Assembly (NCBI GenBank): GCA_043803945.1
Contig: JAZDJN010000031.1
Coordinates: forward strand, 1 to 57,822
Reading direction: 5' to 3'
Source of the DNA: a bacterium
GTDB lineage: Bacteria; Bacteroidota; Ignavibacteria; UBA10030
Length of the DNA stretch: 57,822 bases
The stretch's first letter is position 1. The number at the start of each line of letters is the position of its first letter. Below, in pieces: positions 28,551-38,307 of this stretch. Position numbers and translations under genes: made by a program. Below the pieces are notes generated by a model that did not search any database, was not told the origin of the DNA, and saw only the letters and a list, made by a program, of their open reading frames with translations.

Positions 28551-28965
28551 GTTGTACGTGCCGCATATTGTAGAGATGCATCTCGATGACACTGAGGTCG
28601 AGCCATTCAAATCCGCACCGCATGGAAAGCTGATCGTCTGTGAGAGCGTTGATGGTTCTTCTGCATTTATCACGGCCGTGATTCAGGTAGGCAAGCAGTT
28701 CCTCTTTGGTATAGACACGATCGGGAAGTATTCCTGCCGGATCCATTTCATCAAGGTTAAAAGGAGGTGGGGGAGAAAAGCCCTTATCCGATTCTGAGAG
28801 GTAGAGATCGAGATAGAAGAGTGTGTGAAAAACTGTATACCAGAATTCCGGTTTCTGAGAACGATCGCCCCAGAGATTGTCGGGACATGCATCAACAGCA
28901 TTCTCAAGCATGTCGATAGCTGCTCCGAATTGCTGCCAGATGATTCCCTTCCATGTGTTATCCAT
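28539..28965 (-). pseudogene. 3'-truncated DinB paralog fused out of frame to the czcA tail
   Basis: About 25 substitutions in 142 aa versus 19669-20175 (counted by eye); homology stops at HVQHHAA. Confidence 0.88.
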
Positions 28966-29156
28966 CCTGATGCTTTCAGTGAGTAGTGTTCTTAGTTCGT
29001 GGATTGAAAAGTAATCACCGGATTCCCGGGAGACTGATACTGTGTTTGGATTGCGAACTCTTGTTAGTCTGAGAGTTTTGCCTTTATCGGGCGCCTTTTA
29101 GGTGAAGAGAGCGTCACAAACGTTCCTTATGAATCACATTTGTACTTCTATTCTTA

Positions 29157-31274
29157 TCATGATCTTAGTAAACGTAGGCCGCTCGCGATGACTGCAAATT
29201 CACTAAGCTCATGACCAATTACTGCAATTGGTAATGTTAATCCGCCTGAGAGCGATCCAACAATCAATCCTGCAATGACTATCATTGAGAGTGCAAGGTT
29301 TTGTCGAACAACGCGCATTGTTCGGTGAGAAAGAGATATAGTATATGCAAGTTTTGAGAGATCATCACCCATAAGTGCAACATCAGCAGTCTCCATCGCT
29401 ATATCGGTGCCGGCAGCTCCCATAGCAACGCCTACTGTTGCACGTGCCAACGCAGGTGCATCGTTAACACCATCACCAACCATCATTACTCTTCCGTATT
29501 TCTCTTCAAGATGTTTAATCTTGATGGACTTGTCTTCGGGTTTTAAATCAGCGAAGAATTCGTCAACACCGGCCTCATCAGCAATAGCCGACGCCGTCAC
29601 TATGTTGTCGCCCGTGAGCATCACAATCCGTTGGATGCCTTGCTTTCGCAATGCTTGCAATGTTTCTTTCCCATTGGGTCTGAATCTATCCCTGATAGCT
29701 ATCGCACCGAAAATCTCGTTGCCGTCTCCGACCAATACAACTGTCTTGCCTTCCTTTTGCAGTGTATCAATGCGATCCTTGTAGGCGGTAATTTCCGTGG
29801 CAAGCATTTGAGCATAGAACGACGGACTCCCAACATATATTTTTCTATTCTCCACTAACGCTACGGCACCCTGATTCGTGAGCGATTGGAACTGTTCTGC
29901 ATAAGGAGATATGATAGTTCTCTTTTCTGCTTCGTCCACTATTGCTTTTGCGAGAGGATGTTGGGAATATCTCTCAACTGCGGCAGCGAGCTTGAGTACC
30001 TCGCTTTCAGAAAGATGATTGAGAGAAAGGACATTTGATACCTGCGGCTTACCAAGAGTTAGTGTTCCAGTCTTGTCGAGAGCCACGACTTTGACTTTTG
30101 CAAGCTCTTCCAGATAAACCCCGCCTTTGATGAGAACACCGTTTCTCGCCCCGGTGCCGAGGGCCGATACCATCGTGATCGGAATGGATATCACAAGTGC
30201 GCATGGCGCAGCAGCTACGATGAACACTGTTGCGCGGATCGCCCATGTCCACCACCCTCCATCGAACAAAGCTGGAAGAAGAGCGATGACTATTCCAATC
30301 ACCAGTACGGCTGGGCTATACCATTTTCCAAATCGTCGAATGAATCGTTCCGACTTTCCTTTTTCTTCCTGGGCTGCTTCAACGAGGTGAATGATACGGG
30401 CAACGGTATTGTTCTCAAACGTCTTCGTTGCTTCTATCTCGAGGGCGCCTTCTTCATTGATTGTCCCGGCGAAAACCGTATCTCCAATTTGTTTTTGCAC
30501 TGGAATAGATTCACCTGTAACAGGAGACTGGTTCACACTCGAAGAACCACTAATAACTTTTCCATCTGTCGGTATTGATTGTCCGGGTCGCACAAGAAAT
30601 ATTTCACTGAGAGCAATTTCTTCCACGGGAATTTCAGATGCTTTCCCGTTTCGCATCACTGTAGCAAACTTTGGAGTCAGATCCATCAATGCACGTATGG
30701 CATTTCTTGTTTTTGCTTCTGTATAACTCTCCAGTGCTTCCGAGATGGAATAGAGAAATACAAGTGTCAAAGCTTCTGCGGGCTGACCCAAGACGAATGC
30801 AGCGATGGCGGCGACAGTCATCAGTAATTCTATGCCGATTTCGTGTTCCTGCCACAACTCCTCAAGAGCTTCCCTGCCAAAGTAGTATCCGCCGAACAGC
30901 ATTCCAACAGCATACAGCATCGAGGCATAAACCAGTGGAAGCCCAAAACTCATCTCTAAAAGATATGCAACACCAAGAACTATTCCTGAAATTACGGAGG
31001 TGATAACTTTCGGATTTTTCCATGGTTTTGGCGCTTTAGCAACCGACCTTGATGGCAGAATTGGAAAGCCCAATTGTGTCAGCGTCGTCTTCAGAGTATC
31101 GAGATTGAACTGGGCATCATCGATAGAGATCATAACCTTCGCTGATTTGGGAAACACACGAAGTTCAGTAATTCCGGGAAGGTGTTCCAAACCGCGACGG
31201 ATTTGCGCAGCCTCATTCTCACAATCCAGATTCCCTACTCTGAGCTCTACTCTTGTACGGTCTGGCGTACGCAT
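29157..31274 (-). CDS. Heavy-metal P1B-type ATPase (P1B-4-like)
   Basis: N-terminal HMA domain LDCENE, TGES, APC, DKTGT, HP, GDGVNDAP, GHE. Confidence 0.92.
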   Translation of the reverse strand: MRTPDRTRVELRVGNLDCENEAAQIRRGLEHLPGITELRVFPKSAKVMISIDDAQFNLDTLKTTLTQLGFPILPSRSVAKAPKPWKNPKVITSVISGIVLGVAYLLEMSFGLPLVYASMLYAVGMLFGGYYFGREALEELWQEHEIGIELLMTVAAIAAFVLGQPAEALTLVFLYSISEALESYTEAKTRNAIRALMDLTPKFATVMRNGKASEIPVEEIALSEIFLVRPGQSIPTDGKVISGSSSVNQSPVTGESIPVQKQIGDTVFAGTINEEGALEIEATKTFENNTVARIIHLVEAAQEEKGKSERFIRRFGKWYSPAVLVIGIVIALLPALFDGGWWTWAIRATVFIVAAAPCALVISIPITMVSALGTGARNGVLIKGGVYLEELAKVKVVALDKTGTLTLGKPQVSNVLSLNHLSESEVLKLAAAVERYSQHPLAKAIVDEAEKRTIISPYAEQFQSLTNQGAVALVENRKIYVGSPSFYAQMLATEITAYKDRIDTLQKEGKTVVLVGDGNEIFGAIAIRDRFRPNGKETLQALRKQGIQRIVMLTGDNIVTASAIADEAGVDEFFADLKPEDKSIKIKHLEEKYGRVMMVGDGVNDAPALARATVGVAMGAAGTDIAMETADVALMGDDLSKLAYTISLSHRTMRVVRQNLALSMIVIAGLIVGSLSGGLTLPIAVIGHELSEFAVIASGLRLLRS

Positions 31275-31368
31275 TGAGGATTCCCTTTCCCTTTGGCTTG
31301 CAGATGTCTGATACGAATTCCACGAATCACAACAATAGTCGGTTCAATGGTTACATCGGTTTGATGCT

Positions 31369-31710
31369 TCAGATTGCTCCCTTACCCCGCTCATTCGTTC
31401 TAATTTTTATGACCTCTTCAACATTTAAAATGAATATTTTTCCATCTCCGGTATTACCGGTATGTGAGCATTTCTGAATTACACTTACCACTTCGTCAGC
31501 CATTTCATCGGAAACAACAACTTCTATTTTTATTCGTGGGATTAATTCTACCATTTCGTAAACGATTTTATCTTTTGCCTTCTTGGCTCTTCCTTTTCCA
31601 AATCCCTTTATCTCTGATACTGTTACACCTGGAAGCCCCTCAATCTCCTGAAGCGCTTCAGTCACCTCCAACAATTTAAACGGACGTAGTATTGCTTTTA
31701 TCTCTTTCAT
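31369..31710 (-). CDS. PII-family protein linked to metal efflux (PII-NG type)
   Basis: MKEIKAI.RPFKL..V..AL, GFG, TG..GDGKIF, IRT.E.G..AI; directly after czcA. Confidence 0.9.
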   Translation of the reverse strand: MKEIKAILRPFKLLEVTEALQEIEGLPGVTVSEIKGFGKGRAKKAKDKIVYEMVELIPRIKIEVVVSDEMADEVVSVIQKCSHTGNTGDGKIFILNVEEVIKIRTNERGKGAI

Positions 31711-31730
31711 TTCATTCTCCATGTAATTAT

Positions 31731-34700
31731 TTACATTTCTGTTTCAACTTTTCTTTTTTCAAACCAGCTATACACGGATGGGATGATTAACAGCGTCAAC
31801 AGAGTGGAGGTGATCAATCCACCTACAACAACAGTAGCGAGCGGCTTTTGAATTTCCGATCCTGTTCCCGTTGAAAAGAGCATCGGCACTAAACTAAAGA
31901 TTGCGATCGAGGCTGTCATCAAGACCGGGCGCAATCTATCCAGGCTTCCTTTTCTGATCGCCTCCTGCAATTCTATTCCTTCTTCACGCAATTGAGAAAT
32001 ATGGGAAACCAGTACAACGCCGTTTAACACTGCGACGCCGAACAACACGATGAATCCAACAGATGCCGGAACAGACAAATATAATCCAGAGATAGAGAGC
32101 GAGATGATCCCTCCGATGAGAGCGAACGGGAGGTTAGTAATTACCAATAGTGCTAAACGAACTGATCTGAATGTCACATATAAGAGAAGAAGAATAATTC
32201 CGATGGCGACCGGTCCGATAATCATGAGCTTGTTCATTGCTCGTTGCTGATTTTCAAACTGCCCCCCCCAAGTTAAATAATACCCTGCCGGGATCTGAAC
32301 GTTTTGCTTAATTTTCTGTTTTGCCTCTGCAACAAAACTGCCGATATCTCTTCCACTGATATTCATTTCGATGCCAATTCTTCTAATTCCATCCTGGCGG
32401 CTTATCTGAACGGGTCCTTCCACCATCTTCACATCAGCCAATTGCGCCAATGGAATGTTCATTCCAGTTTTCGTGGGGACCAGGATATTCTCAATGGATT
32501 CAATCGAATTTCTTTTCTCTTCCGGCATACGAACAGTGATATCAAAACGTCGATTCTCTTCATAAAATTGAGTAGCAGGTTTTCCCGCAATAGTAATCTC
32601 AATAATATTCTGGACATCACTGATATTTAATCCATACCGGGCAATTTTTGAACGGTCAATCTTGATGGTCAGATATGGTTGCCCCGTAACTTTTTCGGCT
32701 ATCAAATCGGTTCCTCCCTCAATGGTGGAGAGGACGTTTGTTATTTCATCTGCCTTACCCTTCATAAGATCGATATCTTCGCCGAAGAGCTTAAGTATCA
32801 GTTGAGCGCGTGTTCCAGCAACCAACTCGTCGATTCTGCACTGTATGGGCTGGCTGAAACTGAAACCGATTCCCGGTATCGCCTCCAACGACTCACGCAT
32901 TTCATTTGTTAATTCATCTCTTGAAATATCTCGTGACCACTCGCCCTTTGGTTTTAATATTCCAACATATCCGGTTTTATCGACCCCACGGGTATCAAGG
33001 GCAACGCCTGTCTGACCTATTCTCCCTACGATTGTCTCTAATTCGGGGAATTTTTTGAGTTTCTTGGAGATGAGCTGATTCACTTCCATTGCCTTGCTCA
33101 ATGAAACTCCAGGCAGGAGTGCCACGTCGGCGTCGAATGCGCCCTCATCCATTATTGGAATGAATTCCGTTCCGAGCCTGGTGGCGAGGGCTAAAGCAAC
33201 ACCTAAGAATACTCCTGCGATGCTTAACATCATGATTTTTTTCTTCATGACATATTCTAGCAGCGGTACATATATTCGCTTCGCATATTTCATAATGATG
33301 CTTTCTTTTTCCGGTTGAGGCTTGAGGAAGATGGAGCAAAGAACCGGGATAACGAAGATCGAAAGGAATAGGGATGAGAGGAGTGCAATGGCCACTGTTT
33401 CAGCGAGAGGCCCAAACATCTTTCCTTCAATTCCTTCAAGAGAGAGAATAGGGATGAAAGTAACTGCAATGATCAGTTCGCCGAAGATACTCGGTTTTCT
33501 GACTTCGAGCACTGCCTTGAGAACCGTCAATGATTTCGAACGAGTCTTGTCCCCTTCACTAAGATGCCGTTGCACATTCTCCACCTGAATTATTGTTGCA
33601 TCGATAATCATTCCGATGGAGATCGCCAACCCGCCGAGTGACATGAGGTTTGCGCTCAATCCAACAATCTTCATGACAATAAAAGTCACGAAGAGCGATA
33701 GTGGGAGGGCTATCAACACCACCAAACTCCCGCGAAAACTTCTAAGTAATACATATAAAACAATGAGGACGAGTAAGGCACCTTCGAGCAGCGCGTCATT
33801 CACAGTGCTCACGCTTGCATTCACGATATCACTTCTATCGTAGTAGGGGACGATCTTAATCCCATCTGGTAGAATGTTGTTTTCATTAATCTCCTTAACT
33901 CTATCGATGACGCGACCGACTACTACACGACTGTTTTCACCTCGCAGCATCATAGCAATTCCGCCGACAGATTCTTCTTTTCCGTTCATTATTGAAGCGC
34001 CCATTCTCACCGCTTCGCCAATCTTTACTTGAGCGACATCACGAATATATATCGGTGTTCCTTCGTGAGTTTTCAGTACGATAGTTTCAATATCGCTTAC
34101 ATTGTTGATCAAGCCAACTCCCCGAACGATATATTGATTGGAATTCCTTTCAAGGATATTTCCACCCACATTTTGATTATTATGTTCGATAGCAGAATAG
34201 ACATCGTCCGCTGTGATATTGTATTTTAGTAATTTTTCTGGCGAGACGATGACTTGGTACTGCTTTAAGTAACCACCGAAGGAATTTATTTCATTGACTC
34301 CGGTCACGCTTTTTAAATGTGGTGTGATTATCCACTCTTGGATAGTTCTCAGGTTGGTCAGGTACGTGATTTTTGCGAGCGAATCATCTGGCATTGTTCC
34401 TTCGAGTGTATACTGATAGATTTCTCCCATCGCCGTAGCAATTGGCCCCAATGCAACTTCAACTCCTTGAGGAACATTTTCTCTTGCCTCCGCTAATCGT
34501 TCAAACACCAATTGACGTGCAAAATAGATATCAACGTTATCGTTGAACACTATCGTTACGATGGAAAGTCCAAACTTCGTTACCGATCGCATCTGTTCGA
34601 CATTCGGTAAACCACGCATCGCCATTTCAATGGGATAAGTAACATTTCGTTCAATCTCTATTGCGGATAAGCCATTCGCGTGACTTATGATTTCCACTTG

Positions 34701-34835
34701 AATGTTTGTTACATCTGGAAAAGCGTCAATGGGCAAATGTAAGTATGAATACAATCCAAATGCGACAATAAGAAACGAAAGAAAGATGATCATGCCTTTC
34801 TGTTTCAACGTCAATGATATTATTTTTTCTAACAT
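31731..34835 (-). CDS. czcA: CzcA/CusA heavy-metal RND permease
   Basis: IDAFPDVT, ANLMSLG, RLRPVLMTA; 1034 aa. Confidence 0.93.
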   Translation of the reverse strand: MLEKIISLTLKQKGMIIFLSFLIVAFGLYSYLHLPIDAFPDVTNIQVEIISHANGLSAIEIERNVTYPIEMAMRGLPNVEQMRSVTKFGLSIVTIVFNDNVDIYFARQLVFERLAEARENVPQGVEVALGPIATAMGEIYQYTLEGTMPDDSLAKITYLTNLRTIQEWIITPHLKSVTGVNEINSFGGYLKQYQVIVSPEKLLKYNITADDVYSAIEHNNQNVGGNILERNSNQYIVRGVGLINNVSDIETIVLKTHEGTPIYIRDVAQVKIGEAVRMGASIMNGKEESVGGIAMMLRGENSRVVVGRVIDRVKEINENNILPDGIKIVPYYDRSDIVNASVSTVNDALLEGALLVLIVLYVLLRSFRGSLVVLIALPLSLFVTFIVMKIVGLSANLMSLGGLAISIGMIIDATIIQVENVQRHLSEGDKTRSKSLTVLKAVLEVRKPSIFGELIIAVTFIPILSLEGIEGKMFGPLAETVAIALLSSLFLSIFVIPVLCSIFLKPQPEKESIIMKYAKRIYVPLLEYVMKKKIMMLSIAGVFLGVALALATRLGTEFIPIMDEGAFDADVALLPGVSLSKAMEVNQLISKKLKKFPELETIVGRIGQTGVALDTRGVDKTGYVGILKPKGEWSRDISRDELTNEMRESLEAIPGIGFSFSQPIQCRIDELVAGTRAQLILKLFGEDIDLMKGKADEITNVLSTIEGGTDLIAEKVTGQPYLTIKIDRSKIARYGLNISDVQNIIEITIAGKPATQFYEENRRFDITVRMPEEKRNSIESIENILVPTKTGMNIPLAQLADVKMVEGPVQISRQDGIRRIGIEMNISGRDIGSFVAEAKQKIKQNVQIPAGYYLTWGGQFENQQRAMNKLMIIGPVAIGIILLLLYVTFRSVRLALLVITNLPFALIGGIISLSISGLYLSVPASVGFIVLFGVAVLNGVVLVSHISQLREEGIELQEAIRKGSLDRLRPVLMTASIAIFSLVPMLFSTGTGSEIQKPLATVVVGGLITSTLLTLLIIPSVYSWFEKRKVETEM

Positions 34836-36019
34836 TAGTGTTCGTCTCCTGCTATTTCATCCTTTTTGAGTTCGCTCTTCAAATAGAACACACCCTTCGT
34901 CACCACTTTTTCTCCTAGTTTTAGCCCATCCTTTATTTCGATCCCGTTCTGGAGGGATATTCCAGCGACGATCTTTCTCTTCTTATATGTTGTATCATTG
35001 AATTGAACAAATACATATTCCTCTCCTGGTTCCTTCACGACGGCTTCATCCGGTATGATGATTGCATTTGCATCCATGCCGATAGGGATTTTCAATTCTC
35101 CGAACATAAAGGGTTTCAGCATATTCTGTACGTTATTAAATTCACCGCGAATAGTAATTGTTCTTGAATGCTCATCAACCGTTTGTCCGATATATATGAT
35201 TTGTCCACTAAACTTCACATTTGGAAATGTTGTTGTTGTGAAGTGAGTAGTAGTCATTCGATGGATTTTTGCCAGATCCTTCTCATAAATCTGTCCGTCA
35301 ATCCACACTGACTGAGTATTGATCACTCTAAATGCACTTGTCGTTGCATCGATAGATTGTCCAACAACGACATTTCGTTCAACGACAATGCCACTGATAT
35401 GTGATTTTATCGGAAGAGTTCCTGAGGTATGCTCGTCACCATTCATCCCCATCGTAACATCGTCATCATCAAGCCCAACCGAGTGAATTCTTTTATCCTC
35501 TGCTCTGAATTCTGCAAGAGCCTTTTCATATTCGGCCTGACTTTCTAGAAGCGATTTTTGCGATCCGATTTTCTCGTCGAATAATTTTTTCTGTCGTTCG
35601 TAAGACGCTTTCCAAAAAACAAGCGCTGCTTTTGCTTTTAAGAATCCTGCCTGAATTGCTCCAACGTCAAGACCTTCAACGGTCATTAATACTTGTTTGG
35701 ATGTTACGAAATCGCCAACCTTTGCAAATATTTGATGTACCCTCCCCGGTACGAGCGAACCAACATGGGCTTCAAGATTTTGGTTCGTGAGTACCTTAGC
35801 GGGGGCGGTCAATACTACGTTTAAGGGTTTTGTCTCGACGTTAATGAGTGTTAAGCCTATATCAGTTGCGGTACTTACTGGTATCGTGACAGACTCATGT
35901 TTTTCATGACGTTCTTCTGTTTTCGCTTCGTCGTTAGAATCGCCACCACAACCGATGAAGATAAAGGTGTCAATACTAAGGAACAGAAAGAATAAAAATA
36001 ATTTTAGATTCATAACCAT
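34835..36019 (-). CDS. czcB: CzcB-type periplasmic adaptor (MFP)
   Basis: Lipoprotein-like leader, His/Glu-rich segment, barrel-sandwich and hairpin; 1-nt overlap with czcA. Confidence 0.88.
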   Translation of the reverse strand: MVMNLKLFLFFLFLSIDTFIFIGCGGDSNDEAKTEERHEKHESVTIPVSTATDIGLTLINVETKPLNVVLTAPAKVLTNQNLEAHVGSLVPGRVHQIFAKVGDFVTSKQVLMTVEGLDVGAIQAGFLKAKAALVFWKASYERQKKLFDEKIGSQKSLLESQAEYEKALAEFRAEDKRIHSVGLDDDDVTMGMNGDEHTSGTLPIKSHISGIVVERNVVVGQSIDATTSAFRVINTQSVWIDGQIYEKDLAKIHRMTTTHFTTTTFPNVKFSGQIIYIGQTVDEHSRTITIRGEFNNVQNMLKPFMFGELKIPIGMDANAIIIPDEAVVKEPGEEYVFVQFNDTTYKKRKIVAGISLQNGIEIKDGLKLGEKVVTKGVFYLKSELKKDEIAGDEH

Positions 36020-36039
36020 TTCCTTACAGTGATATCATA

Positions 36040-37290
36040 TTATTGAATGATAGAAGTACCAACCGCATATTCTAATTTCGACAGTGAACTATAATAACGA
36101 GCTAATTCATCAATGTATTCATTTCGTGATGAAATCAGTATTTGTCGGGCCTGTAAATATTCGATATAGGTGATCTCCCCTGACGTGTAACTTGCCAGAG
36201 CTGTGCGATAGACTTCTTCTGCCTGAGGAAGAATATCAGTCTGGAGTAATTGAATTTGCCGCTCATTGTTTCTTACCTCCAAATATGCATTCCTGACCTC
36301 AGTGATTAGGTAATTATTTAAGGATCGGAAATCAGACTCAGCGATGGAAAGATTTGCAGAGGCTTCCTGAATCTGGCCTCGTTGGTCAAAGAGAAACCAG
36401 AGAGGAATAGAGGCACCCAGGGATACCCCGTAATAATTTGAATTGTTTGCCACCGTCTGTCGATAATAGGAAGCACTGAAGCTTGGGAGAATACTCGACC
36501 ATGCCAGCGTACGACTTAGGGATGCCACTGCTATCCTTCCTGATGAAGCCTTGAGCTGCGGATTGATTGATAGTGCTCTTGCTGTTAATTCCTCTAAGGT
36601 TGTAGTGATCGGTTGATAGATCAGAGTATCTGTAAGAATAACATCATCCGGTTGTTCTTGCTTTGTCAGCCCGAGAGCAAAGAATAATTCACCAAGTGAG
36701 ACTTTAAGATCATTCTGAGCCACAGCTAAGGCATTTCGTGCTTGAGTGTACTGAACAGCAGCAGTGAGCCGTTCCAGGTTCGTTGCTTCTCCAACGGTAT
36801 AGCGAATTTCTGCTTTCCGTGCAAAATCATTTGCAAGAGCGAGGAATTCATTTTTCACTACAATCTTTTTCTGCCTGGCGAGCATATTGTAATATGCGAC
36901 CTTTACTCGTGATGTAATTGCAGCGGCAGTAGAAGAATGTTCTGCTTCAGCGATTGAAACATGGGAAGACAATTGCATGCCACGAAAGAGAATAGTTGTG
37001 GGAAAATCAAACGATTGACTTATCCCGATCATTCGTTCTCCAAAGTGTTTGACAGGGCTCCCTTTTGGTACGTATTCATAACTAATTCCAACTTCGGGCC
37101 GAGGTAGCGAGATACCGCTCCAAAATCTTCCCCTGGAGGCTGAAATATTTTCTGCTGCAATTCGAACTTCTGGATTATTCCTCAAACCTATTTCAATAGC
37201 TTCATTTAGAGTAAGCTTAATAATTTCAGACTGCCCAAAAACACAGATCGGTAACAGTGCAGCCGTCAACAACACAAAAAATGTATTCAT
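36040..37290 (-). CDS. czcC: CzcC/TolC outer membrane channel
   Basis: LTL.EAI..GL.NNP, Y..GE..Y.EYL.A TolC repeats; RBS GGAG before the ATG at 37290. Confidence 0.85.
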   Translation of the reverse strand: MNTFFVLLTAALLPICVFGQSEIIKLTLNEAIEIGLRNNPEVRIAAENISASRGRFWSGISLPRPEVGISYEYVPKGSPVKHFGERMIGISQSFDFPTTILFRGMQLSSHVSIAEAEHSSTAAAITSRVKVAYYNMLARQKKIVVKNEFLALANDFARKAEIRYTVGEATNLERLTAAVQYTQARNALAVAQNDLKVSLGELFFALGLTKQEQPDDVILTDTLIYQPITTTLEELTARALSINPQLKASSGRIAVASLSRTLAWSSILPSFSASYYRQTVANNSNYYGVSLGASIPLWFLFDQRGQIQEASANLSIAESDFRSLNNYLITEVRNAYLEVRNNERQIQLLQTDILPQAEEVYRTALASYTSGEITYIEYLQARQILISSRNEYIDELARYYSSLSKLEYAVGTSIIQ

Positions 37291-37383
37291 ACGTTCTCCA
37301 AATAGGATAAGAATTCGCTTTTCCGCCTCGAGTGTAAACACACGTATCCCGTAATGGGATGAAAAAACTAAAAAGGGGATTGA

Positions 37384-37725
37384 TTAAATCAACAAGGTTT
37401 TATTGGAGAGGTATACTTCAATGGTCGGATGATGAAGATGGTGAAACACTACTGCTTCATAAAATGTTCGTGTCGCATGTGCGATGATTGTTTCAAACGT
37501 CTCAAAGCAGATAGCTTTGTTGAGTTCTAGTTTTGGAAGATCAATTTCCATAATCTTCGAGTGCGTGCTCGAGGCTTTGATAGTTTTACAGTAATCATGG
37601 GCCCCGTGATTATCACTCCCATAATAGAAGAGTCCAACTTCAGATTGGAGAAAAACGAAAACAATCGCCATCAGACTAAAAGATGCAACTACCGTTGAAA
37701 TTCTATGGATTCTCTGGATCAACAT
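37384..37725 (-). CDS. Small His/Cys-rich exported or membrane protein upstream of czcC
   Basis: TM segment, HGAHDYC, HHLHH, C-terminal YL.N..LLI; start uncertain. Confidence 0.6.
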   Translation of the reverse strand: MLIQRIHRISTVVASFSLMAIVFVFLQSEVGLFYYGSDNHGAHDYCKTIKASSTHSKIMEIDLPKLELNKAICFETFETIIAHATRTFYEAVVFHHLHHPTIEVYLSNKTLLI

Positions 37726-37735
37726 GTAATTTGGA

Positions 37736-38095
37736 CTATTCTCTGCAATGCTTCGCTGCTTCGTGGACAATTTCGCTTATATGCTCATTACTCAAAGAAT
37801 AATACACCATTTTTCCTGTTTTTCTGTTTATGACCAGCCGCGCATTTTTCAATAACCTCAATTGATGAGAAATGGCTGAGATAGAAATGTTGAGTAAAGC
37901 AGCAATGTCACAGACGCATAACTCATCTTCAGCAATTGCGAGTAATATTTTTAATCGTGTAAAATCACTTAAACTCTTGAAAGTAAAAGTGAGTTCATTA
38001 ATCAAAGAATCTTTCGCCAATTTTTTCCTGACGGCGAGAACTTTCTTCTCATCAATGAAATTGACTTCACAGACTATGTTGTTCTTATTATGCAT
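37736..38095 (-). CDS. ArsR/SmtB (CadC-like) metalloregulator
   Basis: CEV..ID, FK.LSD.TRLKIL, ELCVCDIA, SAISHQLR.L, K.GK.VYYSL..EH, H..E. Confidence 0.92.
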   Translation of the reverse strand: MHNKNNIVCEVNFIDEKKVLAVRKKLAKDSLINELTFTFKSLSDFTRLKILLAIAEDELCVCDIAALLNISISAISHQLRLLKNARLVINRKTGKMVYYSLSNEHISEIVHEAAKHCRE

Positions 38096-38103
38096 AACAC
38101 TTG

Positions 38104-38149
38104 TTCAAATGTTCAATTGAAATATATAGAAATCATGAGTATTTGTCAA
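38104..38149 (-). promoter_or_regulatory. Sigma70 promoter plus CadC-type operator
   Basis: TTGACA(38149)-N17-TATATT, followed by the hyphenated IR TTCAA-TTGAACAT-TTGAA. Confidence 0.75.
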
Positions 38150-38307
38150 GTTCAATAGTTATCCATTACAAATTGATCAGGATATTCTTGCTAATTCTTA
38201 TTACGTGCTCTCAATAGCCGTCTCCAGAAATATCTGATATGGTGTACCATGAGTATCTTCTTTTTCAAAACATTGATTGACCGGAGAGATCAATGTGCAG
38301 CGAATGG

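Noticed and set aside
10048-31722. Other TGA-terminated genes as Sec read-through candidates
   Set aside because: Those I looked at end where their families normally end or overlap the next gene, with no Cys-type context; not every one was folded or checked exhaustively.
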